A DNA stretch of 64,000 nt. Origin: Gemmatimonadota bacterium (GTDB lineage: Bacteria; Gemmatimonadota; Gemmatimonadetes; Gemmatimonadales; GWC2-71-9). Where the stretch lies: the NCBI GenBank assembly GCA_039588295.1, contig JBDHAB010000003.1, positions 73,983-137,982 on the forward strand. Direction: 5' to 3'. The position numbers and the translations under genes are program-made. The notes beneath the pieces were generated by a model. The model did not search any database, was not told the DNA's origin, and saw only the letters and a list, made by a program, of their open reading frames with translations. Every line of letters starts with the position of its first letter. The stretch's first letter is position 1. Shown here in pieces: positions 27,544 to 35,856 of the stretch.

Positions 27544-28789
27544 AGAACCCCGCACGTTCGTATGACCGGTCCAGGAGTTCGACCGGATGGACCACGCCAA
27601 TGTTCGATCCTCGAGCGCGGAGACCAGCTCCGATCTGCATCGCACATCCTGGATTGCCGGTGACGACGAGATCTGGAGAACTCGCGCAGATGGCGTCGAC
27701 CTTCCGCTCCAGCACCTCGAGTGAGAGTTCGGGTTGCGCCAGTGAGTAACTGCCGGCGCTGCCACAACAGAGCTCGGCGTCCTCGTGCCACACGCGCTTG
27801 AGTTCCGGGATTGCTCCCAGCAGCTTTTCCGGGGCCGTCGAGACGCGCTGTGCGTGGAGAAGATGGCACGGCGGGTCATAGGCCACTCGCAGTGGCAGCG
27901 GGCCGCCGCGTCGTGGCCCGCAACTCGCGAGCAGCTCGCTGACATCGTGTACGCGGGCTGTGAACGCCATGAGTTCCCCGTGCGGGTGTTCGCCGTCCAA
28001 GACTCGATCGTATTCCTTGAGCAGCGCGCCGCAACCGGCCGCATCCACGGCGATCAGAGCCTCGTTCGGAGCAGCAGCGAAGGCGGCGAGGTTCTGCCTC
28101 GCCAATCGGCGGGCACCCCCGTCCTGTCCTGCGTGAACGTGCAGCGCACCGCAGCAACCTTGACCCGTGACCTTCACGGGCTCGTAGCCGTTGGCCCGCA
28201 GCACCCGCTCCGTGGCAGCGTGGACGTGTGAGAACAGCCCCTCCATGATGCAGCCGCCGAACAGCACCACCGGCGTGTCGATGCCCTGTGCGGTTGCGTC
28301 TCTTGCTCCGGCGGGGTTGCTGGTGTCGATCGGGCGCCACCGATACCGGGTGGCAACCAGCATTCCGAGGGCGAAGCGGAGCCGCCCGGCCCCGACGAGC
28401 GGTGCCGCGAGCGGACGGATCATGCGAGCCAACGCCAGCAGTGGCCGTCTGAGCAATGGCTCGGCCATTACGGCGTGGATGAGCCGTACACTGGCGGGAA
28501 TCGGCCGGAAACGCGCCAAGAGCTCGCGTGATGCTTCCAAAGCCGGGGCGTACTCGACGCCGGACGGACACACCGGCTCGCACGCGCGGCAGCCGAGGCA
28601 GCGATCCAAGTGCCAGGCGAGCGTTTCATCCTCGGTGGTGAGTCGTCCTTCGTGCAGACCTTTCATCAAGACGATTCGACCGCGCGGTCCGTCCGCTTCG
28701 TCCCCGGTGACGAGATACGTCGGGCAACTCTGCAGGCAGAATCCGCAGTGCACACACGGGTCCAGCCCGGCGAGAGGTCGCGCGGTCAG
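27533..28789 (-). CDS. glcF: Glycolate oxidase-type iron-sulfur subunit; probable CTG start
   Basis: CVHCGFCLQSCPT, CLGCRACEPVCPSGV, two CCG domains, YDPPCHL, NPGC. The first Cys lies upstream of the ORF-track start (28753); CTG at 28789 overlaps the glcE stop. Confidence 0.9.
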   Translation of the reverse strand: MTARPLAGLDPCVHCGFCLQSCPTYLVTGDEADGPRGRIVLMKGLHEGRLTTEDETLAWHLDRCLGCRACEPVCPSGVEYAPALEASRELLARFRPIPASVRLIHAVMAEPLLRRPLLALARMIRPLAAPLVGAGRLRFALGMLVATRYRWRPIDTSNPAGARDATAQGIDTPVVLFGGCIMEGLFSHVHAATERVLRANGYEPVKVTGQGCCGALHVHAGQDGGARRLARQNLAAFAAAPNEALIAVDAAGCGALLKEYDRVLDGEHPHGELMAFTARVHDVSELLASCGPRRGGPLPLRVAYDPPCHLLHAQRVSTAPEKLLGAIPELKRVWHEDAELCCGSAGSYSLAQPELSLEVLERKVDAICASSPDLVVTGNPGCAMQIGAGLRARGSNIGVVHPVELLDRSYERAGFYGH

Positions 28790-30006
28790 GGTCGCTCTCC
28801 CACCGCCGCACTCAAGATCCCGGCGGGATCGAAGGTGTGCCGTAGCGCGCCAACGAGCCTGCCCACGCCTTCGCGGTAGGCGCCGAAGTGCCCGAGTGCG
28901 CTACGAATGGACCACGGTGCGCGCTCCAGCGTGAGGGGCATCTCCTGCTGTGCGGCGGTGTGGCGCAGAAGCCGGATTTCCTCCACGCTGCCGGTGCCGC
29001 TCCAGCGCACGATGCCCGGCACCACCGCGACGTCTACCGGGCCCTCGGGCAGATGGTGCGCGACGAGATCCAACGCACGATCCAATGACGTCGGTAACGT
29101 GGCGAGGCGGAGCGTGACGGGATGGTCCGTGGCCGCGCCTTGCAGCGCCGACCAGTACCGGCTGGCCTCGGCACTGGGGAGCTCCGAGAGGGTCACGCTG
29201 GCCGCGCCACACGCGTCGTCTCGCGTTGCGGCAACTTCTGCATCTCCGCCCACCAGACGAACGGCCAAGTTCCATTCCCTGGCCGCCGCCGCCGTCGGTG
29301 AGAGGAGCTCCAGTGCCGCCGGAGTGATGCCTGCCGCCAGGATTTCCTGTGCGGCTCCGCAGAGCGTATCCCGCGATCCAGCGGCTCGCAGCGTCAGGTC
29401 AGAGCGAGGGACTGCCCGCAGTCGTAGCGTCACCGACGTAATGACGCCGAACGCCCCGAAGCTGCCGGCTATGAGCTTCGGCAGGTCAAAGCCGGCGACG
29501 TTCTTCACCACTCGCCCGCCGGATCGAATGATCCGTCCGTCACCGGTAACCACCGTAACGCCGAGCACGTGGTCGCGCACCGCGCCGAAACCACTTCGAA
29601 GCGGTCCGCTCGTGCCGGTTGCCACCACGGATCCAACGGATCGAATCGACCCGGGATGATCAATCGCGATCCACATGCCTTCGTCGGCCGCCGCGGTACG
29701 CAGATCATTCCACAGCACTCCGGCCTCGGCTGAGACGACCAGATCCGCGGAGTTCACTTCGGAAACCCGGTCGAGCAGACGCGTGGTCACGGCTAGGTCC
29801 GCCGTGCCATCACCTGGCGCCCAGTGGCCCGTACCTTCTATCCGCACGCGCCAGCCCTGCTCCGCCGAGGTCTTCAGGAGAAGTGCGGTCGCGCCTTCGT
29901 TGCGCGGGGCAACTTGCAGTGCGCCCGCTTCGCTGCGCTCCAGCTCTGCTCCGGACCCGAGCAGCGTGCGGATTCTGCGCTCGATGTCTATCTGGGCTCC
30001 AGCCAT
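28786..30006 (-). CDS. glcE: Glycolate oxidase-type FAD-binding subunit
   Basis: G.SGP.R...G.VRDHVLG, SGGRVVKNVAGFDLPKLIAGSFG, FDPAGIL. Confidence 0.9.
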   Translation of the reverse strand: MAGAQIDIERRIRTLLGSGAELERSEAGALQVAPRNEGATALLLKTSAEQGWRVRIEGTGHWAPGDGTADLAVTTRLLDRVSEVNSADLVVSAEAGVLWNDLRTAAADEGMWIAIDHPGSIRSVGSVVATGTSGPLRSGFGAVRDHVLGVTVVTGDGRIIRSGGRVVKNVAGFDLPKLIAGSFGAFGVITSVTLRLRAVPRSDLTLRAAGSRDTLCGAAQEILAAGITPAALELLSPTAAAAREWNLAVRLVGGDAEVAATRDDACGAASVTLSELPSAEASRYWSALQGAATDHPVTLRLATLPTSLDRALDLVAHHLPEGPVDVAVVPGIVRWSGTGSVEEIRLLRHTAAQQEMPLTLERAPWSIRSALGHFGAYREGVGRLVGALRHTFDPAGILSAAVGERP

Positions 30007-30371
30007 GCCTGCGCCCGGCGTTGAGTCTCACTAACGAACACGCGTGCCTCTCGGACGTACGGTTCGGCGTCGGTTGCGCGCCACGGGCTCGTGAGCGCCT
30101 GTTGCACATCGAGCTCGCTGAGTGCGGCGAACAAGTCAGGGAACTCCTCTCGTATGCGACGGTGCATCTCGCCGGGCTGAATCGCCTGCTCCCAGGGCGG
30201 AGCATCGAGCCATACGCGAATCGTGGCAGCACCGACCACCGCCGGGTACGCTTCCTGGAGCGCGCGACTGCCATCGTCTGCTCCGAGGTGGCCGGCTGCG
30301 CGTTCAATTCGGTCCACGGCGCTGCCGAGCTGGTCGCGCATGGCCGTACGCCAGCGGGTCGGTACCGCCAT
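29988..30371 (-). CDS. Hypothetical protein within the glc operon
   Basis: About 127 aa helical-looking ORF that fills the glcD-glcE gap exactly and overlaps both neighbours. Confidence 0.7.
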   Translation of the reverse strand: MAVPTRWRTAMRDQLGSAVDRIERAAGHLGADDGSRALQEAYPAVVGAATIRVWLDAPPWEQAIQPGEMHRRIREEFPDLFAALSELDVQQALTSPWRATDAEPYVREARVFVSETQRRAQAWLEPR

Positions 30372-31822
30372 CACGACGGTGCCCTCTCGTTCGCTCGAGC
30401 TTCCTCGGCACTCAGCTTCCATTCCCTACATCGATGGAGTGGCAGCATCTTGCCCGGGTTTGCCAGCTCGCGGGGATCGAACGCTCGGCGGACCGAACGC
30501 ATGATCCCAAGGGTCTCGGCGTCGAAGACGAGCGTCATGTAGCGGAGCTTATCGCTGCCCACGCCGTGCTCTCCGGTGATCGTTCCTCCCGTGTCGGTAC
30601 ACACCCGCATGATCGCGGACGCGGCACGCTCGACACGGTTCTGCTCCTCGGGGTTCGTTGCGTCGAAGTTGATGTTGGGATGCAGATTCCCGTCGCCCGC
30701 GTGGAAAAAATTGCTCACCGTGAGGTCATGTTCTGCCGCAATGCGCTGGATCTGTTCCAGCACATCTGGAAGCGCCGATCGCGGGACAACCGTATCCTGT
30801 ACCACGAGATCCGGGCTGATGCGCCCGAGCGCGCCAAACGCCTTCTTGCGGCCGTGCCACAATCGTGCGCGGGTCTCATCGTCGGCCGCGCGCTCGATGC
30901 CCTGCGCTCCTGACGCACGGAGGATCTGCTCCACCTCAGATGCCTCGCGGTCGAGCACTGCGTCGTGGAATCCGTCGAGCTCGACGAGAAGCACGGCAGC
31001 CGCGTCCGTGGGGTAGCCGGCGGCGTAGATCGATGCTTCCACCGCTCGTATGCAGTTTTGGTCCATAATCTCGAGCGCCGCCGGAACAACCCCTGCCCGG
31101 ATCACCGCAGATACCGCCTCCCCGGCACCGCGCAGACTGTCAAAGCGTGCCAGCAGCGTCCGAACCACGCGGGGCAGCGGTGTGAGTCGAACCGTGATTC
31201 GAGTGGCGATCCCGAACATTCCCTCGCTCCCCACGAACAGACCGACCAGATCCGGACCCCAGGGCTCGCCGGCCGGTGACCCCAGCGTCGTGATGGTTCC
31301 GTCGGGGAGCACAACCTCGAGCTCGAGGATGTGATTGGTGGTCACTCCGTACTTGAGGCAGTGCGGTCCGCCGGCATTCTCCGCCACGTTGCCGCCAATC
31401 GTGCACGCCGTTTGGCTGGAGGGGTCGGGTGCATAGTGAAGACCGTGCCGCGCGACGGCTGCGGACAGGCGCACGTTGACGACACCGGGCTCAACGATGG
31501 CCCTCCGGTTGGCGGGGTCGATCTCGATGATGCGTGTAAGCCGCGTGAGCCCGATGAGCACCGCCTCGCCTGAGGCGACAGCACCTCCAGACAAGCCCGT
31601 CCCGGCCCCCCTGGCGACGAAGGGGATGTCCTGCCGTGACAGGAGGCGCACGACGGCTGCGACCTCGTTTCGCGTGCCCGGGAGGACAACGGCGGCGGGA
31701 CGGCTACGATGCGTCGGCAGAGCATCACCGGCGTACGTCTCCAGTTCGGCCGGATGGGTGCGCACCCAGCGGGCACCGACCTCGTCGCGCAGACGATCGA
31801 GGACCTGCGCGCCCAGTGTCAT
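30371..31822 (-). CDS. glcD: Glycolate oxidase-type FAD-linked subunit
   Basis: RGAGTGLSGG, YAPDPSSQ.ACTIGGNVAENAGGPHCLKYGVT, GSEG, FHAGDGNLHP, GEHGVG, NPGK. Confidence 0.93.
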   Translation of the reverse strand: MTLGAQVLDRLRDEVGARWVRTHPAELETYAGDALPTHRSRPAAVVLPGTRNEVAAVVRLLSRQDIPFVARGAGTGLSGGAVASGEAVLIGLTRLTRIIEIDPANRRAIVEPGVVNVRLSAAVARHGLHYAPDPSSQTACTIGGNVAENAGGPHCLKYGVTTNHILELEVVLPDGTITTLGSPAGEPWGPDLVGLFVGSEGMFGIATRITVRLTPLPRVVRTLLARFDSLRGAGEAVSAVIRAGVVPAALEIMDQNCIRAVEASIYAAGYPTDAAAVLLVELDGFHDAVLDREASEVEQILRASGAQGIERAADDETRARLWHGRKKAFGALGRISPDLVVQDTVVPRSALPDVLEQIQRIAAEHDLTVSNFFHAGDGNLHPNINFDATNPEEQNRVERAASAIMRVCTDTGGTITGEHGVGSDKLRYMTLVFDAETLGIMRSVRRAFDPRELANPGKMLPLHRCREWKLSAEEARANERAPS

Positions 31823-32508
31823 CGACCGTGGACCGTGCGCGGCCTGCCGTTTCCTCCTCGGCCGTTGCGTTTCGCGCGTCGGTGCACTGCGACACGCCGT
31901 GCGGTCTGTGCATGGAGCCGCTGGAGGTGCTTGCTGAGGCGCTCGAGGCGCGTCCTCGTGGATCGAAGCTCCAATAGACTCTGCTTGAGATCCAGGTCGA
32001 GATCAAGTGCAGCAGCTACGTAGAACGAGAGTGCTATCGGATCGTCCGGAATGCTGATCTGCTGCTCGGGTACGTCGCCGAGCGATTGCAGCGCCGAAGT
32101 GAAGCGCGTGAACTGGTCGCTCACCGTTGTCGCGAGCTGCTGCACCCTCTCGGTACCGGCCGACGGTTCATCGTCGAACGGCTCCACGAGGCCAACCCGG
32201 TACTGGCGGTTGGTGTCCTCGTAGCCTCGAAGGACATACCGATGCTCGCCGAATACGAGCAGATTGGAGCGACCGTCCGGCTGCGGCCACACTGTGTGGA
32301 TTCGGGCGGAGCAGCCGACCGTGCCGACGGCAGGCACCGGGTCCCCGTCGCCGACCCGCTGAACCAGCGAGACACCGAAGCGATGGTCACCGGCCTGACA
32401 GTCCGCGAGCAGCTGCCGGTATCGCGGCTCGAAAATGTGAAGCAGCTGTGGCGCACCAGGGAAGAGGACGAGCGTAAGGGGGAAGATGGGAAGTGTGAGC
32501 GTCGGCAT
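31819..32508 (-). CDS. LON peptidase substrate-binding (N-terminal) domain protein
   Basis: LPIFPL.LVLFPG...LHIFEPRYRQL, KQSLLE....RLERL. Confidence 0.9.
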   Translation of the reverse strand: MPTLTLPIFPLTLVLFPGAPQLLHIFEPRYRQLLADCQAGDHRFGVSLVQRVGDGDPVPAVGTVGCSARIHTVWPQPDGRSNLLVFGEHRYVLRGYEDTNRQYRVGLVEPFDDEPSAGTERVQQLATTVSDQFTRFTSALQSLGDVPEQQISIPDDPIALSFYVAAALDLDLDLKQSLLELRSTRTRLERLSKHLQRLHAQTARRVAVHRRAKRNGRGGNGRPRTVHGR

Positions 32509-32514
32509 AGCCGA

Positions 32515-32520
32515 ATTATA
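32515..32520 (-). promoter_or_regulatory. Consensus -10 element (TATAAT) 6 nt upstream of the ATG; possible leaderless promoter
   Basis: Minus strand reads cctctTATAATtcggctATG with no SD between. Confidence 0.55.
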
Positions 32521-32586
32521 AGAGGGTGGGCGGACGCTGGGAGTGGGGCTCCGCGGGCGAGCGCCTCCACCGCTGGGCAAAACGAC

Positions 32587-32610
32587 AACGGGCCCGTGAC
32601 CGGGCCCGTT
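32587..32610 (-). terminator. Probable intrinsic terminator of the sigma factor gene
   Basis: Perfect 10-bp stem AACGGGCCCG-4 nt loop-CGGGCCCGTT followed on the minus strand by GTCGTTTT, about 30 nt after the stop. Confidence 0.75.
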
Positions 32611-32639
32611 CTGCATCATGCGCGAAGGAGGACCGTCGA

Positions 32640-33533
32640 CTAGGCGGCTCTCCAGAACCCCTTCAGGGCCTCACCGTGGGGGCTCTCGCGAAGCTTTTCG
32701 AAGGCGCGCTCGCGGATCTGCCGAATCCGCTCGCGCGTCACGCCCATCAGTTCGCCAATTTTCTCCAGGGTCATGCCCTCCGAGCCTTCCTCCAACCCGT
32801 AGTACAGGTAGAGGATCTTGCGCTCCCGCGGCGTGAGGTACTTCTGGAGCAGGCCGTCGATGAACTCGCGCATCAGGTGGCCATCGGTGTGCTCCTCGAT
32901 CTCGCCGCCCTCCTGTCCCGCGAACCGCTCGCCGAGCGTTGCGGCATCGCGGTCCGTACGGTCAACTGGTGCGTCGAGGGACATCTCCGCCGCGGTCATC
33001 CGACGCGCGCTCCGAACGTTCTCGACTGAGTCGTTCAAGGCTCGCGCAATTTCCTCATCGGTCGGCTCGCGCCCGAGCTCCTGCGACAGGTAGGTCTCGG
33101 TCCGTGCCATGCGAATGAGATGACTGTTCTGGTTCAGCGGGATTCGGACGCTGCGGGTCTGCTCGGCCAGAGCCTTGAGCACCGCCTGCCTGACCCACCA
33201 CACCGCGTACGAGATGAACTTCACGCCCTGATCCGGATCGAACTTCTTGACGGCCTTGAGCAGCCCTTCATTGCCGATCGCCACCAGTTCCGAAAGATCC
33301 AGTCCATGACCCTGATACTTCTTCACGTAAGAGATGACGAACCGAAGATTCGCCGTTACCAGCTGCTCGGCCGCTTTCCGGTCTCCCTGGCGCGCTCTGC
33401 GGGCGAGCCGGCGCTCCTCTTCGACGCTCCCGATGAGGGGGAGCTTCTGAATGTCCTGGAGATACTGGTCGAACGCAGTTGAGGCTGGCGAACGGAAGAA
33501 TCCCTTCGCTTTGCCGCTCCGCAGTTGGGTCAT
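32640..33533 (-). CDS. RNA polymerase sigma-70 factor, RpoD/SigA family, short form lacking region 1.1
   Basis: FDQYLQDI, LVTANLRFVISYVKKY, GNEGLLKAVKKFDP..G.KFISYAVWWVRQA, RSVRIP, TLEKIG..MGVTRERIRQI. Confidence 0.95.
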   Translation of the reverse strand: MTQLRSGKAKGFFRSPASTAFDQYLQDIQKLPLIGSVEEERRLARRARQGDRKAAEQLVTANLRFVISYVKKYQGHGLDLSELVAIGNEGLLKAVKKFDPDQGVKFISYAVWWVRQAVLKALAEQTRSVRIPLNQNSHLIRMARTETYLSQELGREPTDEEIARALNDSVENVRSARRMTAAEMSLDAPVDRTDRDAATLGERFAGQEGGEIEEHTDGHLMREFIDGLLQKYLTPRERKILYLYYGLEEGSEGMTLEKIGELMGVTRERIRQIRERAFEKLRESPHGEALKGFWRAA

Positions 33534-33654
33534 AGACGCCCCAAGATTCAGAAGACCACTACCGCCGGGAGGGGACGAGTAGGTTTCGGAGAGCCCCGCC
33601 AAAATGACCGGTCTCGGCCGGCCGAATATAGGAAACGCCAGGAACATCGTCAAG

Positions 33655-33830
33655 AAAAATCCGGTTTTCCACATCACAAATCATTGACTCACAACTTGTT
33701 CGACAGTTTGTCCACTTTCGCGTTTCCACAAGGCACAACACGTTGTGGAAAGATGTACCGTAAGTCTTTGTTTTACAGTGGATTACGGCGATCGGCCGTC
33801 ACAGAATTGTGGATGAGTTGTGGAAAGGTC
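33655..33830. promoter_or_regulatory. Cluster of DnaA-box-like 9-mers with IHF-like sites (oriC-like or DnaA-binding locus)
   Basis: TTTTCCACA 33665, TTGTCCACT 33708 and GTTTCCACA 33722 on +; TGTGGAAAG 33744, AGTGGATTA 33777, TGTGGATGA 33808 and TGTGGAAAG 33819 in the opposite orientation. Visibly AT-richer than the flanks. Confidence 0.75.
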
Positions 33831-33837
33831 GACCCCG

Positions 33838-34935
33838 CTAGAACAGCGCGGTCAATGTCCTGTCCACTACCTCTCTCGAGGCCGCAAACGTATCCTCGCC
33901 CGCGGGTCCGCGCGCAAGCTCCCCGATGCGCCGAAGCAGTGCAAACCTGACAGACTCTCCGTTTGTCTGTGTCCCCTGTGTGAGGGAGTCCCACAGGCGA
34001 TCGTGGTCGACCGCACCTGGTGGTTCGGTGGGCAGCCCGCACTGCTCCAGCGCGGCTCGCACGTGCTCGGCGATGCCCGCGTCGGTCACACCCAGAGTCT
34101 CACCGAGCCGGCTCTCCACCAGCACCCCGATCCCCACCGCCTCACCATGCAGGAGCTCGTAGCCCAACACGTTCTCCAGCGCCCACGCGAACGTCCGTCC
34201 GAACCCGAGAACGCTCGCCGACTCACGTCCCGTCGTCACCGCACTCAGCAGCGCGCTCTTGAGCTTGACGCTCCGTCGCACCACATCCAGCAGCACGCGC
34301 ACCTCGCGCCGTCTGATGGCGTCCCGGTGCGCCAGCAGCTCCTCGAAATGCTCCGCAGAGGCGATCACCCCGTATCGCATCGCCGAGGCGATCCCCGCCG
34401 CCACGTGTACCGGTGGCAGCGTCGTGAGGGTGTTCACGTCGGCGATCACGGCTCTCGGAGCGTGGTACGTCCCGACCGTGTTCTTCGCATTGGGGGCATC
34501 GACCCCGGTGCGCCCACCCACGGAGCTGTCGGCCATCGCGACCAAGGTCGTCGGGACGAACACGTACGGAATCCCGTGCAGATACGTCGCCGCCACGAAG
34601 CCGGCGAGGTCGCCCGTTACCCCGCCTCCGACTGCCACGATCGCCCAGGTCCGATCGCAACGCGCCTTCAGTAACTGGTCGATCAGGTCGCTCCATGTCT
34701 CACGGGATTTGTTCCATTCCCCCGCCGGGAACGTGATCAACGTGCTTGGTCCGAGCGCCGCGACGGCGTTCGTGATGCGGCGGCCGTAGATCGGTGCGAC
34801 TTGGGAGTCCGCGATGACGGCGTATCGGGTGGCGGGACATCGCTCGTGGAGGAGAGTAGGCAGCTCTTCGAGCACGCCAGTGCCCAGTACCACGTCGTAC
34901 CGAGCGTGTTCGGCAGAGACGGCGACGGTCTCCAC
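33838..34935 (-). CDS. 3-dehydroquinate synthase homologue with degenerate active site
   Basis: NAD domain motifs GE.NKS, GGGVTGD.AGFVAATY, VPTTL, DSSVGG and HGEAV are present; most catalytic and metal residues are replaced (see findings). Confidence 0.85.
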   Translation of the reverse strand: METVAVSAEHARYDVVLGTGVLEELPTLLHERCPATRYAVIADSQVAPIYGRRITNAVAALGPSTLITFPAGEWNKSRETWSDLIDQLLKARCDRTWAIVAVGGGVTGDLAGFVAATYLHGIPYVFVPTTLVAMADSSVGGRTGVDAPNAKNTVGTYHAPRAVIADVNTLTTLPPVHVAAGIASAMRYGVIASAEHFEELLAHRDAIRRREVRVLLDVVRRSVKLKSALLSAVTTGRESASVLGFGRTFAWALENVLGYELLHGEAVGIGVLVESRLGETLGVTDAGIAEHVRAALEQCGLPTEPPGAVDHDRLWDSLTQGTQTNGESVRFALLRRIGELARGPAGEDTFAASREVVDRTLTALF

Positions 34936-34937
34936 CG

Positions 34938-35855
34938 TCAGAGGCGCACCGTACCTTCGATCACGGTGACGGCTCTTCCACCGACGCGAACCTCACGGAT
35001 CTCGCTCCCGTCGGCCGTCTCGATCTCCACCTGAATCAGGCTCGGTCGGCCGATCTCGATGCCCTGTTCGACCACCACCTGCGCGATTCCCTCCCGAGGG
35101 CGGACAATGCCGTGTCGCACCAGGTACGCTCCCAGCGCGCCCGCTGCGCTGCCGGTTGCGGGGTCCTCCGGGACACCCAGCCCGGGAGCGAACATGCGAC
35201 AGTGAACGGTGGCCTCGGGGTCTTCCGTCTCGAGTGTGTAGCACATCGCACAGTCGGTTCCGTGTGAACGCAGGTGTTCGACGAGTTGCGAGCCGGTTCC
35301 GCCGCTCGGGAGGGACCGCAGTGCAGCGAGATCCACGGTCGGGATCATCATCTGTGGGAGAGCTGTCGAGACGACTTGCGGGAGAGGGTCACCAGGAATC
35401 AAGCTCGGCTGTCCTCCCAGCGCGCGGGCCAGGGTGGCCGGATCGGTCACGGGTTCGCCGAATTGTGGCCTGGCCTGCACCATCACGACTTCGATCGGGA
35501 CGCCGTCCGCCATCCGAATGGTTACGGGGAGAACGCCGGCCCCGGTTTCTTGGGTGGGGTGGACGGTTCCATTCGCCGGGGCTTCCACCTCTTGCAGTTC
35601 CGCAAGGAGCCACCACGTGCCGATCGTGGGGTGTCCAGCCAGGGGAATCTCTGCGGCAGGGGTGAAGAATCGTACACGGCGGGTCGCCGCGGTCGACGGC
35701 ACAACGAAGGTCGTCTCCGACAGGTTCATCTCACGTGCCAGTGCCTGCATTTCCCGGTCGTCCAGCCCCTCCGCCCGGGGGAACACTGCCAACGGATTTC
35801 CCGCGAGTGGCGTATCCGTGAAGACGTCCAGTTGGTGGAAGCGGTAGCTGCGCAT
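34938..35855 (-). CDS. PhzF family isomerase/epimerase
   Basis: DVFTD.PLAGNPLAV, MNLSETTF, FTPAAEIPLAGHPT, EDPATGSA, EQGIEIGRPS. Confidence 0.93.
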   Translation of the reverse strand: MRSYRFHQLDVFTDTPLAGNPLAVFPRAEGLDDREMQALAREMNLSETTFVVPSTAATRRVRFFTPAAEIPLAGHPTIGTWWLLAELQEVEAPANGTVHPTQETGAGVLPVTIRMADGVPIEVVMVQARPQFGEPVTDPATLARALGGQPSLIPGDPLPQVVSTALPQMMIPTVDLAALRSLPSGGTGSQLVEHLRSHGTDCAMCYTLETEDPEATVHCRMFAPGLGVPEDPATGSAAGALGAYLVRHGIVRPREGIAQVVVEQGIEIGRPSLIQVEIETADGSEIREVRVGGRAVTVIEGTVRL

Positions 35856-35856
35856 T

